NCBI GenBank assembly: GCA_965140445.1
Contig: OZ223236.1
Coordinates: 2,432,001 to 2,496,000, forward strand
Source of the DNA: Candidatus Ozemobacteraceae bacterium
Lineage (GTDB): Bacteria; Muiribacteriota; Ozemobacteria; Ozemobacterales; Ozemobacteraceae
Direction: 5' to 3'
Length of the DNA: 64,000 bases
Position 1 is the stretch's first letter; the number at the start of each line of letters is the position of its first letter. The translations under genes were made by a program, and so were the position numbers. Shown in pieces: positions 1 to 9,110 of this stretch. The notes under the pieces are model-generated. The model was given only the letters and a program-made list of their open reading frames with translations. It made no database searches and had not been told where the DNA came from.

Positions 1-49
1 CAATACCGAACTAACTCTTTATAAAAAAAAGTAGTTTCAGCTTAGATTT

Positions 50-232
50 TTATGGAGCAGTTTTAATTGAAGATTCGGCTGTGCTTAAATTTGTGCTGAT
101 GTTGGTAAACAACCCCTGATTTACAGTGGCACCCATATTAGTTAGGGCAATTACTGATACAAGGGCAAGTAATGCAACCAAAAGAACATACTCTACAAGA
201 CCCTGACCGGACCTTTTCCTAGATTTTTTCAT
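50..232 (-). CDS. flp: Flp family type IVb pilin
   Basis: Basic leader, G|QGLVEY prepilin/Flp motif, then a hydrophobic helix. Start moved to ATG 232 (GAGGA RBS). Confidence 0.9.
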   Translation of the reverse strand: MKKSRKRSGQGLVEYVLLVALLALVSVIALTNMGATVNQGLFTNISTNLSTAESSIKTAP

Positions 233-266
233 TTTACATCCTCGCATGGAAGTTACTTATAATTTA

Positions 267-283
267 AGCAAGACTTATACCAA
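267..283 (-). promoter_or_regulatory. sigma54 -24/-12 promoter of first flp
   Basis: Minus strand TTGGTATAAGTCTTGCT = GG-N10-GC, close to YTGGCACGRNNNTTGCW. Confidence 0.65.
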
Positions 284-405
284 GTATCTATTTCCATGAC
301 TTAGTTTATATAATTATCGCCAAAATTATAACGATGAGCAAGCTCTTTTGTTTAGATTTGTCAGAAAATGGATATTTTTTTATAAAGAGGCTTATAATTA
401 ATAAT

Positions 406-1254
406 ATGGAACTAAAATTTATTACAGAAATTTTGAGAAATTTCTTACTTGAAAACGGCTCTTATTCATATTTGGCAAATGGAAAGAATGGCGCAGCTGA
501 GGCAACTTGCTGGGTTACTCTTTTTAATAGCATTTCTGGTTTGTCAGGCGATATAACTGAAAAAAGTGTCGCCTGGCTAAAAGCCCTTCAGAGTGATGAT
601 GGGTCTGTTAAAACATCTGAAATTAGTTCCAGAATGCCTGTTTGGGCAACTTCACAGTTTCTTTTCGTGATGCAATATCTTGGGGAGACTGAAGCTGCTG
701 GAAAGGCAGCTGATTTTATAATTAATTTTAAACCCTTAACTTTTGAGCGATTTGAAGAAGTGGAACAAGATAATTCTATTCCAGGTATGTCATGGACAAA
801 AAATGCTTTTAGTTGGGTTGAGCCAACTGCGTGGGCACTAATAGCTTTAAAGAAGGCGGGCTATAAAGACCACCCAAGAGTTGCTCAGTTAAATTCTCTT
901 CTTGCCGACCGATTGATTCCTGAAAAGGGCTGGAATCTTGGAAATAGAATGGTTTTTAGTGCAGAGCTATTACCTTTTTTTGACACTACCGCTATATCAC
1001 TTATAGCAACCTTCACTGGAAAGATCGCAGATGAAAAGAAGTTGATTTATGATCTTATGGGCGAACAGGTTTTAAAAACTGAATCCATTTATGCTCTTGC
1101 CGTTGTTGCACTTTGTTTAAAGCAAGCAGGAATTGACTTTACTTTACAGAAAAATAAACTCATTAATTTAGTAAGGGCTACAAATATTAAATACCTAAAT
1201 TCGTTTCATTTGGGGTTAGCTGGGTTGGCGATCTCAGAAAAGGAAGTTTTCTAA
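406..1254 (+). CDS. prenyltransferase/squalene-cyclase-repeat (alpha-alpha toroid) protein
   Basis: QW-like repeats (WLKALQSDDGS, GWNLGN) and FSWVEPTAWALIAL. Start is 406 or 334. Confidence 0.65.
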   Translation: MELKFITEILRNFLLENGSYSYLANGKNGAAEATCWVTLFNSISGLSGDITEKSVAWLKALQSDDGSVKTSEISSRMPVWATSQFLFVMQYLGETEAAGKAADFIINFKPLTFERFEEVEQDNSIPGMSWTKNAFSWVEPTAWALIALKKAGYKDHPRVAQLNSLLADRLIPEKGWNLGNRMVFSAELLPFFDTTAISLIATFTGKIADEKKLIYDLMGEQVLKTESIYALAVVALCLKQAGIDFTLQKNKLINLVRATNIKYLNSFHLGLAGLAISEKEVF

Positions 1255-2207
1255 TGGATAGAAGGAAATTTCTAAAACTTGGTGCGGCAGGGCTCGCTTC
1301 AATTGGGTTAGCCCATGTTATTGGTACCCAATTTTTGAAAGTCTGCCCGGTCAAAATTCTAGGGGTTCCAGATTACGATAGGGATTTTTCAAAAGATATC
1401 GAAAAAGCCTTTGTTGAAGATGGATTGGTTTTAAAAGACAAAAAGATCCTGCTTAAACCAAATTTTGTAGAGCTTCATGAGGGAAGACCAATTAATACTA
1501 ATCCCAAGCTGCTCAGGAATATAGTAGAGGCTTGTTTCCGGCAGGGAGCGTCAAAAATAACTATTGGAGAGGCTGCGGGACACAGGAGAGACTCGTATTT
1601 CTCTGTTTTACATCCTTCCATGATAGATGCAATGCCCGGAAATGTTGATCTGGTTGATCTGAACTTCAGCGATTTCTCAAAAGTTAAGAACCTGGGCTAT
1701 TTCACGGATTTCAAAGAGTTTTTTCTTCCTAATCCAATATTGGATGCGGATGTTGTAATTAATGTTCCCAAGATGAAAACTCACCATTGGGTAGGGGTTA
1801 CCTTATCTTTAAAGAATTTATTTGGAACTCTCCCAGGAACTTGTTATGGTTGGCCAAAAAATATTCTTCACATTAAAGGAATTAGAAAATCCATACTTGA
1901 TCTTTCCATGACTGTTCCGGTTCACTATTCAATCATTGATGGAATTGTTGGAATGGAAGGGGATGGCCCAATTATGGGGACGGCCAAAAAAGTCGGGGCA
2001 ATTATAATGAGCAGATTCCCTCTTGCCGCAGATGCCACTGCTGCTGAAATTATGGGCTTTGATCCTAATAGAGTGGAATACCTGGCCGGAGCTTCTATGG
2101 TACATCATGGGTTTACAGTCAAGGGTAGAGATTTTCAGTGGGAAAAGCCTGAAAGATTTGCTACAAAATTCCAGAGTTTGAAAAAGTTTGATTATATGAA
2201 AATTTAA
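1254..2207 (+). CDS. DUF362 domain protein with Tat signal
   Basis: N-terminal DRRKFLK, plus LLKPN, NVPKMKTH, TLSLKNLFG and IIDGIVGMEGDGP motifs. TAATG coupling to the upstream gene. Confidence 0.85.
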   Translation: MDRRKFLKLGAAGLASIGLAHVIGTQFLKVCPVKILGVPDYDRDFSKDIEKAFVEDGLVLKDKKILLKPNFVELHEGRPINTNPKLLRNIVEACFRQGASKITIGEAAGHRRDSYFSVLHPSMIDAMPGNVDLVDLNFSDFSKVKNLGYFTDFKEFFLPNPILDADVVINVPKMKTHHWVGVTLSLKNLFGTLPGTCYGWPKNILHIKGIRKSILDLSMTVPVHYSIIDGIVGMEGDGPIMGTAKKVGAIIMSRFPLAADATAAEIMGFDPNRVEYLAGASMVHHGFTVKGRDFQWEKPERFATKFQSLKKFDYMKI

Positions 2208-2265
2208 TTTTCTCGTAATTTAAGCTTCGTCTTGTGTACAAAGAAATAAAAAAAATGGTTTCCCT

Positions 2266-2306
2266 AAAACCAAAAAAGACGGGTTGCCCCGTCTTATTTG
2301 GTTTTT
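2266..2306. terminator. bidirectional intrinsic terminator
   Basis: AAAACCAAAAAAGACGGG-TTGC-CCCGTCTTATTTGGTTTT hairpin between convergent genes. Confidence 0.8.
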
Positions 2307-2311
2307 TAATC

Positions 2312-2497
2312 TTAGCTGCTTACTGTTGATTCGGCAGATGAGAGTTTACCACTGATTGTGTTGAAGATAGAGCTGATGCTTCCACCTGAAGCTGTGAGGG
2401 CAGCAATAGCTACAACAGCGATTAGACCAATGATAAGTGCATATTCTACAAGGCCCTGTCCTTCTTCTTCTCTTACGAAACGACGAATGAGTTCCAT
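2312..2497 (-). CDS. flp: Flp family type IVb pilin (probable major pilin)
   Basis: RFVREEEG|QGLVEYALIIGLIAVV; strong AGGAGG RBS. Confidence 0.95.
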   Translation of the reverse strand: MELIRRFVREEEGQGLVEYALIIGLIAVVAIAALTASGGSISSIFNTISGKLSSAESTVSS

Positions 2498-2542
2498 GTT
2501 AATCCTCCTGAGATTTTTTCGGCTTTAGCCAATATCTATTAT

Positions 2543-2559
2543 TGCAAATGCTATGCCAA
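2543..2559 (-). promoter_or_regulatory. sigma54 -24/-12 promoter of second flp
   Basis: Minus strand TTGGCATAGCATTTGCA, near-consensus GG-N10-GC. Confidence 0.85.
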
Positions 2560-2636
2560 AATGCAACAGGTTTTAGAAAAAACAAGAAATCCTTTTGTAG
2601 AAGGAGCTACAGGGTAAATGACTGAAAGTGCGATGG

Positions 2637-2689
2637 GGTAAAATTTACCTGATTTAAGGTAAAATTTGCCGCGAAGAGGTAAAATAACC
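2637..2689. promoter_or_regulatory. three phased palindromic sites, probable upstream activator sequences
   Basis: GGTAAAATTTACC (2637), GGTAAAATTTGCC (2658), GGTAAAATAACC (2678), spaced 21 and 20 bp. Confidence 0.7.
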
Positions 2690-2692
2690 TCA

Positions 2693-4675
2693 TCACTCAT
2701 AGGGAATTTCTATTCGATTTATGCCCCATGGATCAGTATTGTCTGGAAACGCTTGTCTTAGTCGATAATCATAAGTTTTTCCATTGATTTCTTTCATTAG
2801 TAGAACATCCATTGAAAGGCTGTCAGAGGTCTTTTCACAACCTATATAACTATTTTCTTCGGCGAACCCATAAACATTGTTGGGGCCAAAAACAGGTTTC
2901 GGGCTACTGTTGGCGAGATGCTCAATTGCTTTTTTACCAGTTCCAAAGACGCTTCTTTCTGCAAGTAAAATATTCTTTCTAAGAATAGGGCTGCTTTGAG
3001 TAATTTGAATGGCGTAAGGAGTGTCGAATGTGTTGTATTCAACTGTGGGATTCTGAGAGAGTAGAGATATACCAAGACCTGAAGGTGATACAAACAGGTT
3101 GTTGGAAAATTCAATTTGTCCTCCAGCTTCATCTGAAGTTAAAGCTGTGTCAATGAACTCAATGAAATTGCAGCCAGAAATTTTTAGACCATTGTTAGCC
3201 GAGGAGACTATTCCTTTGGTTGAATGTACAAGTGTACAAGATTCAATCGTTAGGGATGAATTTGTGCTTGCTTCGATTCCTGTGGTACAACGGGTGGCTG
3301 TCAGGCGTGAAAGTTTATTGTTGGCAGTTGAAACTATTTTTGCCGCAGTAGAGCAATCAATAATATTGATTTGATCAAAAACGCCGGCAGAGTTTTCCAT
3401 GGTTAAGCCAATGTCTGCATCTTTAATTGTTACATTTACCAGGCTGTTTGCTGGATTTTCAACGTTCTTGAAATGAATTCCCTTCCAGAGACCTTTTGAT
3501 TGCACTGTGTCATTTGAAGCAAAAACCACACCGATATCGTTCCCTGCAGAAGCTACAATTGCTCCGTTAACAATGATTTCTACTTTTGAAGTATCCCCAG
3601 TTGCAAGAGAGTCAAAACTTTCAATTAGAACTTCAACTCCTGAGTCTATATTAAGACGGCCTGTTGAAAGAATCGTTAAGTCCCCAGCAAGGACGTAGGG
3701 GCTGTTAGCTCTTGTCCAGGTGATAGTGTTTGAAATATTTCCAGGAACCAAAATTGAGGTTTGGTTATTGTAGCCGCTTTCATTACCGGCCTGGTCTATC
3801 GAAGTGACACGGTAATAATATTTTTTGCCAGGGGTAACCGAAACATCTACGTATCTTTCCTGCCCTTTTGCAATAAGTGTTTGACTTACTCTTGAAAATG
3901 TTCCATTAGAAATTTCTGCTCGATATACTCGATATCCTTTTAAGTCTAAATCACTACTTGGAGCCCAGAAAATTGTGGCCTGATTTTGCTGACCATTTAA
4001 AGAGGCTGCAACACCTGTTGGGGCTATTGGTGGGGTAGTGTCTTCTAAGCTTGAAACGGTTGAAAAGCTTCTTGTTACAGACGTTTCTGCATTTCTATTC
4101 TCTCGTGAGGCAATAATTTTGAAAAAGTATTGTTTTGCAGGTGAAAGCCCTGGAATTGTGAGTGAATGAGTTGTTGCATAGTTTCCGGTAGTTTCTCTAA
4201 CTGTTCTGCCCATGCTTGATGTTTCACCATATTCAATGTAACCATTTGTGTAATCCGTAGTTTTCCAGGAAACAACGGCGTGGGTTGCAGAGGTTTCGGT
4301 TACAGTTATTTCTTGATACTCAAAACTTTTGCTTTCAATGCTTTGGGCTGGGACTTCTGTTGTTTGGCCCGAGTAAATTGAAGCCTTGAATTGAGATGTT
4401 CTATAGCCAAACGCCTCAACTTGAAACATCTGATCACCAAAGCCAATTGCTTCTATGTGAAAATTTCCAGAAGGGTCGGTTAAAGCCCATCTGGTTCTAT
4501 CGTATTGCCATGTAACAAGGGCATCTTCTATTGGGTTGCCTTCGACTGTGGTAATTCTTCCATTTATTGAACCTTCTCTAGGTGTTACGCTGCTTCCCGA
4601 GCAACCGAAAAGAAAAGTTCCTGCAACAGACAGGATAAAGACTACCAACAAAGATTGTTTTAATCGGTTGAACAT
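2693..4675 (-). CDS. lipoprotein with carboxypeptidase-regulatory-like, Fn3 and right-handed beta-helix domains
   Basis: Lipobox LFGC; G-rich beta-sandwich; Fn3 motifs (LSPAKQYFFKI, PGKKYYYRVTSIDQAGNES); C-terminal beta-helix repeats. Confidence 0.75.
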   Translation of the reverse strand: MFNRLKQSLLVVFILSVAGTFLFGCSGSSVTPREGSINGRITTVEGNPIEDALVTWQYDRTRWALTDPSGNFHIEAIGFGDQMFQVEAFGYRTSQFKASIYSGQTTEVPAQSIESKSFEYQEITVTETSATHAVVSWKTTDYTNGYIEYGETSSMGRTVRETTGNYATTHSLTIPGLSPAKQYFFKIIASRENRNAETSVTRSFSTVSSLEDTTPPIAPTGVAASLNGQQNQATIFWAPSSDLDLKGYRVYRAEISNGTFSRVSQTLIAKGQERYVDVSVTPGKKYYYRVTSIDQAGNESGYNNQTSILVPGNISNTITWTRANSPYVLAGDLTILSTGRLNIDSGVEVLIESFDSLATGDTSKVEIIVNGAIVASAGNDIGVVFASNDTVQSKGLWKGIHFKNVENPANSLVNVTIKDADIGLTMENSAGVFDQINIIDCSTAAKIVSTANNKLSRLTATRCTTGIEASTNSSLTIESCTLVHSTKGIVSSANNGLKISGCNFIEFIDTALTSDEAGGQIEFSNNLFVSPSGLGISLLSQNPTVEYNTFDTPYAIQITQSSPILRKNILLAERSVFGTGKKAIEHLANSSPKPVFGPNNVYGFAEENSYIGCEKTSDSLSMDVLLMKEINGKTYDYRLRQAFPDNTDPWGINRIEIPYE

Positions 4676-4711
4676 ATGATTAGGTTCTCCAGTGATCTCA
4701 TTTACTTGGCA

Positions 4712-7276
4712 CTACAGTCTGGAAAAGGCTTCTCTAGCAAATTTTGCTATTTGTGTGTTGCCAGGTGAATTTTCGAAAGCTTTTTTGTAACAGGCTTTTG
4801 CTTCTTTGATAAATCTTTTACTTTCATAAGCTTGTCCTAAGTTAAAGCAGGCATAAGGGTCATTCGGTGAAAGATTTACCACTCTTACGAGAGCATCGAT
4901 TGCCAGATCGTAATTGTGAGTATCCATATAGGCTACGCCAAGGTTGTAAAGCGCATAAGTGTCTTCAGGGTTAATTTCAATTGCTCGCCTTAAAGCCGCA
5001 ATTGCCTCATTAACTTGCCCTTGTTCATAATATGAAAGACCTAGATGTGAATGGGAATAAGCATCATCAGAATCAAGTTCAATTGCATGAGAAAATGCTT
5101 TAATTGCTTGAGGAACTCGTCCGGAATTTTTATACAAAACCCCCAGACTATATTGTGAAAATGCGTCATCGGAGTTAAGCATAATAGCTTTCTTGAATGC
5201 ATCTTCAGCTTTTTCTGTATCGCCAAGTGCTCTGTAAATGGTTCCAATTAAATAGTGAGCATAAAACTTGTTCTCATCAATTCTGATTGCCATTTGAACG
5301 CAGTTTAGTGCATTTTCTATCTGATTTAGACTCTTATAGACAGACCCTAAGCTCATTAAAGTTGCAACATTTTCTTCGTCAATGCTTAAGAGGTCCTCAA
5401 AGGTTTCTCTTGCTTCATCCATCATTCCATTGTTCTTGTAAATCAAGCCAAGTATGTATCTGCTTTCGGTATCTTCAGGATCAAGCTTTATTGTTCGCTT
5501 TATTGCGCTAACAGCTTCTTCAAGTCTACCTTGGTTCAGGTAGGTTTTGCCGAGATGGAAGAACGCTTCCTGGAAATCTGGATCTAATTCGATGGTTTTA
5601 TTCCAGGATCTGATTGCTTGATCAGAACGCCCAACACTCTTGTATGCAATTCCAAGCTGGAGATGCGCATGAGAAAATTCGGGATCCAGTGCGACTGCTT
5701 TTTCCCATTCACGTATTGCTTCATCCAGCATGCCTTTTTCGCGAAATGCGAGCCCAAGTCTGTAATGGGCACCGGCGTTATCGGGATTTATGGTTACTGA
5801 TCTTTTCCATCTTGTCAGATTTTGATCATCAATTCCCTTAAGTCTGTAGATAACTTCGAGATTGTAGTGCGCAAAAGAGTCATATGGGTTTAAAGCGATA
5901 ACTTTGCGATATTCAATTATCGCTTCATCATACATTTCTTTGTTCTTGTAAGCTGAAGCCAATTTATAATGAGCTTCGGCATTGTTTGAATTATTGGCTA
6001 TTTCAGCTTTGTATTTTTCGATCATCAAATCGATCTCTGTTTTACTTTTCATTTGCAAAACAGGTTTTGTTTCTTCAATTTTTCCGTATTTTTTCTTGAT
6101 TTCTCCAGCTTTTCTCCAATGGAAAACAGCTTGTTCTGATTGTCCTTTTACATCAAAAATTTCTCCAAGGGCATCATGAGCTTTACTTAGTTTTTGATCA
6201 AGAAATAGAGCTCTTTTTAATTCTCCAGTTGCATCGTCAAGCATTCCTCGGTCCTTATAGGACATTCCAAGATTAAAGTGAAGTTCAGCATCGTTTGGAT
6301 TCATATTGTTTTCCAGGCGAAACTGTTCAATCGCTTTTTGAATCTGCCCTTTTTTCCTTAAAACGACTCCAACGAAATATCTAAGTCGCGGAAATTTTGG
6401 ATCAATTTTTAGCGCTCTATTAAACTCGGATAAAGCGGCGTCATCCATATTCTTTTTTAGTAATGCTTGGCCAAGATAAACATGTGCTTCTACAAGCATT
6501 GGATTTATTGAGATTACTCTTTTTAAAGACTCTATGGCTTCATCGTGTTCACCGAGGTAGAACTGAGTAATTCCAAGATTTAAAAAAGCGAATCCGTTAT
6601 CTGGATAGATCTGAATTGATTCTTTTAAAAATTGACGCGCATCTTCAAATTTGCCTTGATGTGCATGGGCTCTTCCCAGTTGGCAAAGAGCATATGCGTC
6701 CTGGGGATTTAGTAATACTGCTTTTTTAAACTCTACAATAGCTTTTTTAGGTTTTCCTATTTCTAGATAAACTGCTCCCAGTGAAAAGTGCGCATACGCA
6801 TAATCATGATTAAGATCTATTGCATTTTTAAGCCTGACAATAGATTCATCATAAAGTTTTTTTAATTTATAAATAAGCCCGAGCTGGAGATGAGCAAAAG
6901 CGTAATCAGGTTTTAATGAAATGGCTTTTTTGAAGCGGATTATTGCTTCATCATACATGCCTTTAAGTTTGTAAATGACTCCAAGGTTTGCATATGGATA
7001 AGCATAGTTATGATTGTACATAATTGCTTTTTTAAATTCGGTTATGGCTTCGTTAAGCAAACCTTTATTTCTATATGCAAGTCCAATAAAGTTATGTGCA
7101 TATGAATCTTTGGGATTAATGGATAAAGCGTCTTTGAAAACATTAATTGCTCTATCTGTTTCGCCTGACATTTCCAAGGCTCTGGCAAGCTGGTAATAGG
7201 CAAAAAAGTCGCGAGGGTTTGCTGCAATTCTTTTTCTGCAATCCTTAATTATCTGCTCAAATTTTTTCTCTATCAT
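4712..7276 (-). CDS. large tetratricopeptide-repeat protein (>20 TPRs)
   Basis: Continuous 34-aa repeats (A.AHYNLG..Y...G..DEAI..F.KAI.L.P). Confidence 0.95.
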   Translation of the reverse strand: MIEKKFEQIIKDCRKRIAANPRDFFAYYQLARALEMSGETDRAINVFKDALSINPKDSYAHNFIGLAYRNKGLLNEAITEFKKAIMYNHNYAYPYANLGVIYKLKGMYDEAIIRFKKAISLKPDYAFAHLQLGLIYKLKKLYDESIVRLKNAIDLNHDYAYAHFSLGAVYLEIGKPKKAIVEFKKAVLLNPQDAYALCQLGRAHAHQGKFEDARQFLKESIQIYPDNGFAFLNLGITQFYLGEHDEAIESLKRVISINPMLVEAHVYLGQALLKKNMDDAALSEFNRALKIDPKFPRLRYFVGVVLRKKGQIQKAIEQFRLENNMNPNDAELHFNLGMSYKDRGMLDDATGELKRALFLDQKLSKAHDALGEIFDVKGQSEQAVFHWRKAGEIKKKYGKIEETKPVLQMKSKTEIDLMIEKYKAEIANNSNNAEAHYKLASAYKNKEMYDEAIIEYRKVIALNPYDSFAHYNLEVIYRLKGIDDQNLTRWKRSVTINPDNAGAHYRLGLAFREKGMLDEAIREWEKAVALDPEFSHAHLQLGIAYKSVGRSDQAIRSWNKTIELDPDFQEAFFHLGKTYLNQGRLEEAVSAIKRTIKLDPEDTESRYILGLIYKNNGMMDEARETFEDLLSIDEENVATLMSLGSVYKSLNQIENALNCVQMAIRIDENKFYAHYLIGTIYRALGDTEKAEDAFKKAIMLNSDDAFSQYSLGVLYKNSGRVPQAIKAFSHAIELDSDDAYSHSHLGLSYYEQGQVNEAIAALRRAIEINPEDTYALYNLGVAYMDTHNYDLAIDALVRVVNLSPNDPYACFNLGQAYESKRFIKEAKACYKKAFENSPGNTQIAKFAREAFSRL

Positions 7277-7288
7277 TGCCAGCCTCCA

Positions 7289-7756
7289 TCAGGGTATCCA
7301 TTCTAGTGTTTTAAAAGTTTCTATGTCTTTTCCATCAAGATAGGCAATTATCTCGTCCTTCATTGCTGGAAAAATTGGCTTGCTGGCGATTTCTTCTGGT
7401 CCAAAAAAGTCGAATCCTTCAACCCTTTCGTCTTCGCCAACACTTAGATTAGAAAAGTCGGGTAAAATTCCTTCAAATACAAGGAATTGTATGTGACGTC
7501 CCTTTTCTTGAGACATGGACTCACGAACAAAAAGTAACTTTAGATCTTGAGTAGAAACTCGAAGTTCTTCTTGAAGCTCTCTTTGTGCGGATACTTTAGC
7601 CGGCTCAAATGGGTCTTGTCCCCCGCCGGGAAGTAACCAGTAGCGTTTCCCATCTTTGAGATGCCTGACAAAGCACAATTTGCCATCTTCTCTTTTCAAG
7701 AGTATGGTTACGCGAATTCTTACAATTGGATTTGTTTTATTTAAGTCCTTTTTCAC
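7289..7756 (-). CDS. NUDIX hydrolase
   Basis: LPGGGQDPFEPAKVSAQRELQEELRV Nudix box. Confidence 0.85.
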   Translation of the reverse strand: MKKDLNKTNPIVRIRVTILLKREDGKLCFVRHLKDGKRYWLLPGGGQDPFEPAKVSAQRELQEELRVSTQDLKLLFVRESMSQEKGRHIQFLVFEGILPDFSNLSVGEDERVEGFDFFGPEEIASKPIFPAMKDEIIAYLDGKDIETFKTLEWIP

Positions 7757-7763
7757 ACATTAA

Positions 7764-7771
7764 TTATCGGC
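7764..7771 (-). promoter_or_regulatory. sigma28-like -10 element GCCGATAA
   Basis: Exact GCCGATAA 7 nt upstream of GTG 7756; -35 only partial (TTCAGTTA). Confidence 0.45.
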
Positions 7772-7798
7772 AGGCAAGAACTTAACTGAAAGAAAAAT

Positions 7799-8857
7799 TT
7801 ACAGAGAAACAATTTCCTTGTTTGTGACCTTTATTAATGAGAGAGCAAAAAGCTCTTCAATTTTTGGTGTTTCACTTGTTTTTAGGTGAACTGACCTTTT
7901 TGGTGCAAGATAATGGGTTTGATTGATTTTTTTTAAATGAAACTTAACGCCATTATTAGTTAGCAAATTTATTGCTCGTAAAAGATCGGATGGTGTTTCA
8001 AATTTGTAAACAGTGTAGCTTTGATCTGAAACCGATTTTTGATAAATATAGTCACCCTTAATGAACAGTTTTTTAAATTCAGAATCAGCACCCCAGTGGA
8101 TTGTTTCATTTGCACTTGTGAAATAGTAGCCATTTTTATTTAAGGCATTGTGAATCTTTTTTGCGACAATCTCTTTGTTATCAATGTCAAAGTAAATCAT
8201 TGTGTTTCGGCAAAAAATAATGTCAAAGCTTCTGCTTGGCCATGGCTCTAAAAGATTAAGCATTTCAAAATGGGCAAATTTGGAAAACTCAGGTTTTATT
8301 TGAAAGCTTTCAATTTCTACATTTCTGAAATATCTATTTAAATGTGATTGCTCAACCTGTTTAAGTTCTGTGGAACTGTAAATTCCCAGGCGAGCTCTAT
8401 TCAGGGCTTCTGTGGAGATGTCGCTTCCGAGAAGTTGGATATTCCAATCTTTTGGTGATTCAATTGTATCTAACAGCGTAATTAAAATTGAGTAAAGCTC
8501 GGCACCAATAGAGCATCCCGCTGACCAGATGGTGATTCTATTGTCTTTTTCCTGTTTTTTTCTTCTAAGAATCATAGGAATAATTGATTCTTTAAGAATT
8601 CTAAAGTGTTTTGGATGTCTGAAAAACCAGGTTTCATTTGTTGTTAAAATATTTAAAAGCTCAAGGCGAATACCGATATCTTTTCTGGAAGCGGTAATAA
8701 GGTCATTTAAAGTTTTATAAGAGTGTTTACGCATTAATGGCCACACTCTATTTTCAACAAATGAGTATTTTGCGGGTTGAAAACTTATCCCGTATTCGCG
8801 TGAAAGATACAGGCAAAATACAGCAAGCTCTTTCATTGTAAAGTGGCTATCGTGCAT
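7799..8857 (-). CDS. cheR: CheR-family protein-glutamate O-methyltransferase with extra C-terminal domain
   Basis: LTTNETWFFR, IWSAGCSIGAELYS, GSDIS and FDIIFCRNTMIYFD motifs. Confidence 0.9.
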   Translation of the reverse strand: MHDSHFTMKELAVFCLYLSREYGISFQPAKYSFVENRVWPLMRKHSYKTLNDLITASRKDIGIRLELLNILTTNETWFFRHPKHFRILKESIIPMILRRKKQEKDNRITIWSAGCSIGAELYSILITLLDTIESPKDWNIQLLGSDISTEALNRARLGIYSSTELKQVEQSHLNRYFRNVEIESFQIKPEFSKFAHFEMLNLLEPWPSRSFDIIFCRNTMIYFDIDNKEIVAKKIHNALNKNGYYFTSANETIHWGADSEFKKLFIKGDYIYQKSVSDQSYTVYKFETPSDLLRAINLLTNNGVKFHLKKINQTHYLAPKRSVHLKTSETPKIEELFALSLIKVTNKEIVSL

Positions 8858-8861
8858 TTAT

Positions 8862-9050
8862 TTAAATATACTTTGTGCTCTTGGGAAAAACCCGTCCGGA
8901 CATAATTTGCCAGGTAGGACGCATCTGGCCTCGTAACTCTGATTCACAATCTTTGCAAACCAATCGTTCTGAGTTCTGAAATCTTAAATAGTTATGGATC
9001 TCTGTGTCGAAATTCTTAAGTTTTAAACAAAGTGGGCATCTGTCTTGCAT
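8862..9050 (-). CDS. small CxxC...CxxC zinc-finger protein
   Basis: CPLC and CKDC; GGAG RBS; 4 bp from cheR. Confidence 0.6.
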   Translation of the reverse strand: MQDRCPLCLKLKNFDTEIHNYLRFQNSERLVCKDCESELRGQMRPTWQIMSGRVFPKSTKYI

Positions 9051-9110
9051 AATTTACTCCAGAACAAGACACATAGTAACACAGATTTGAAAACAAATTC
9101 AACGGTACTT

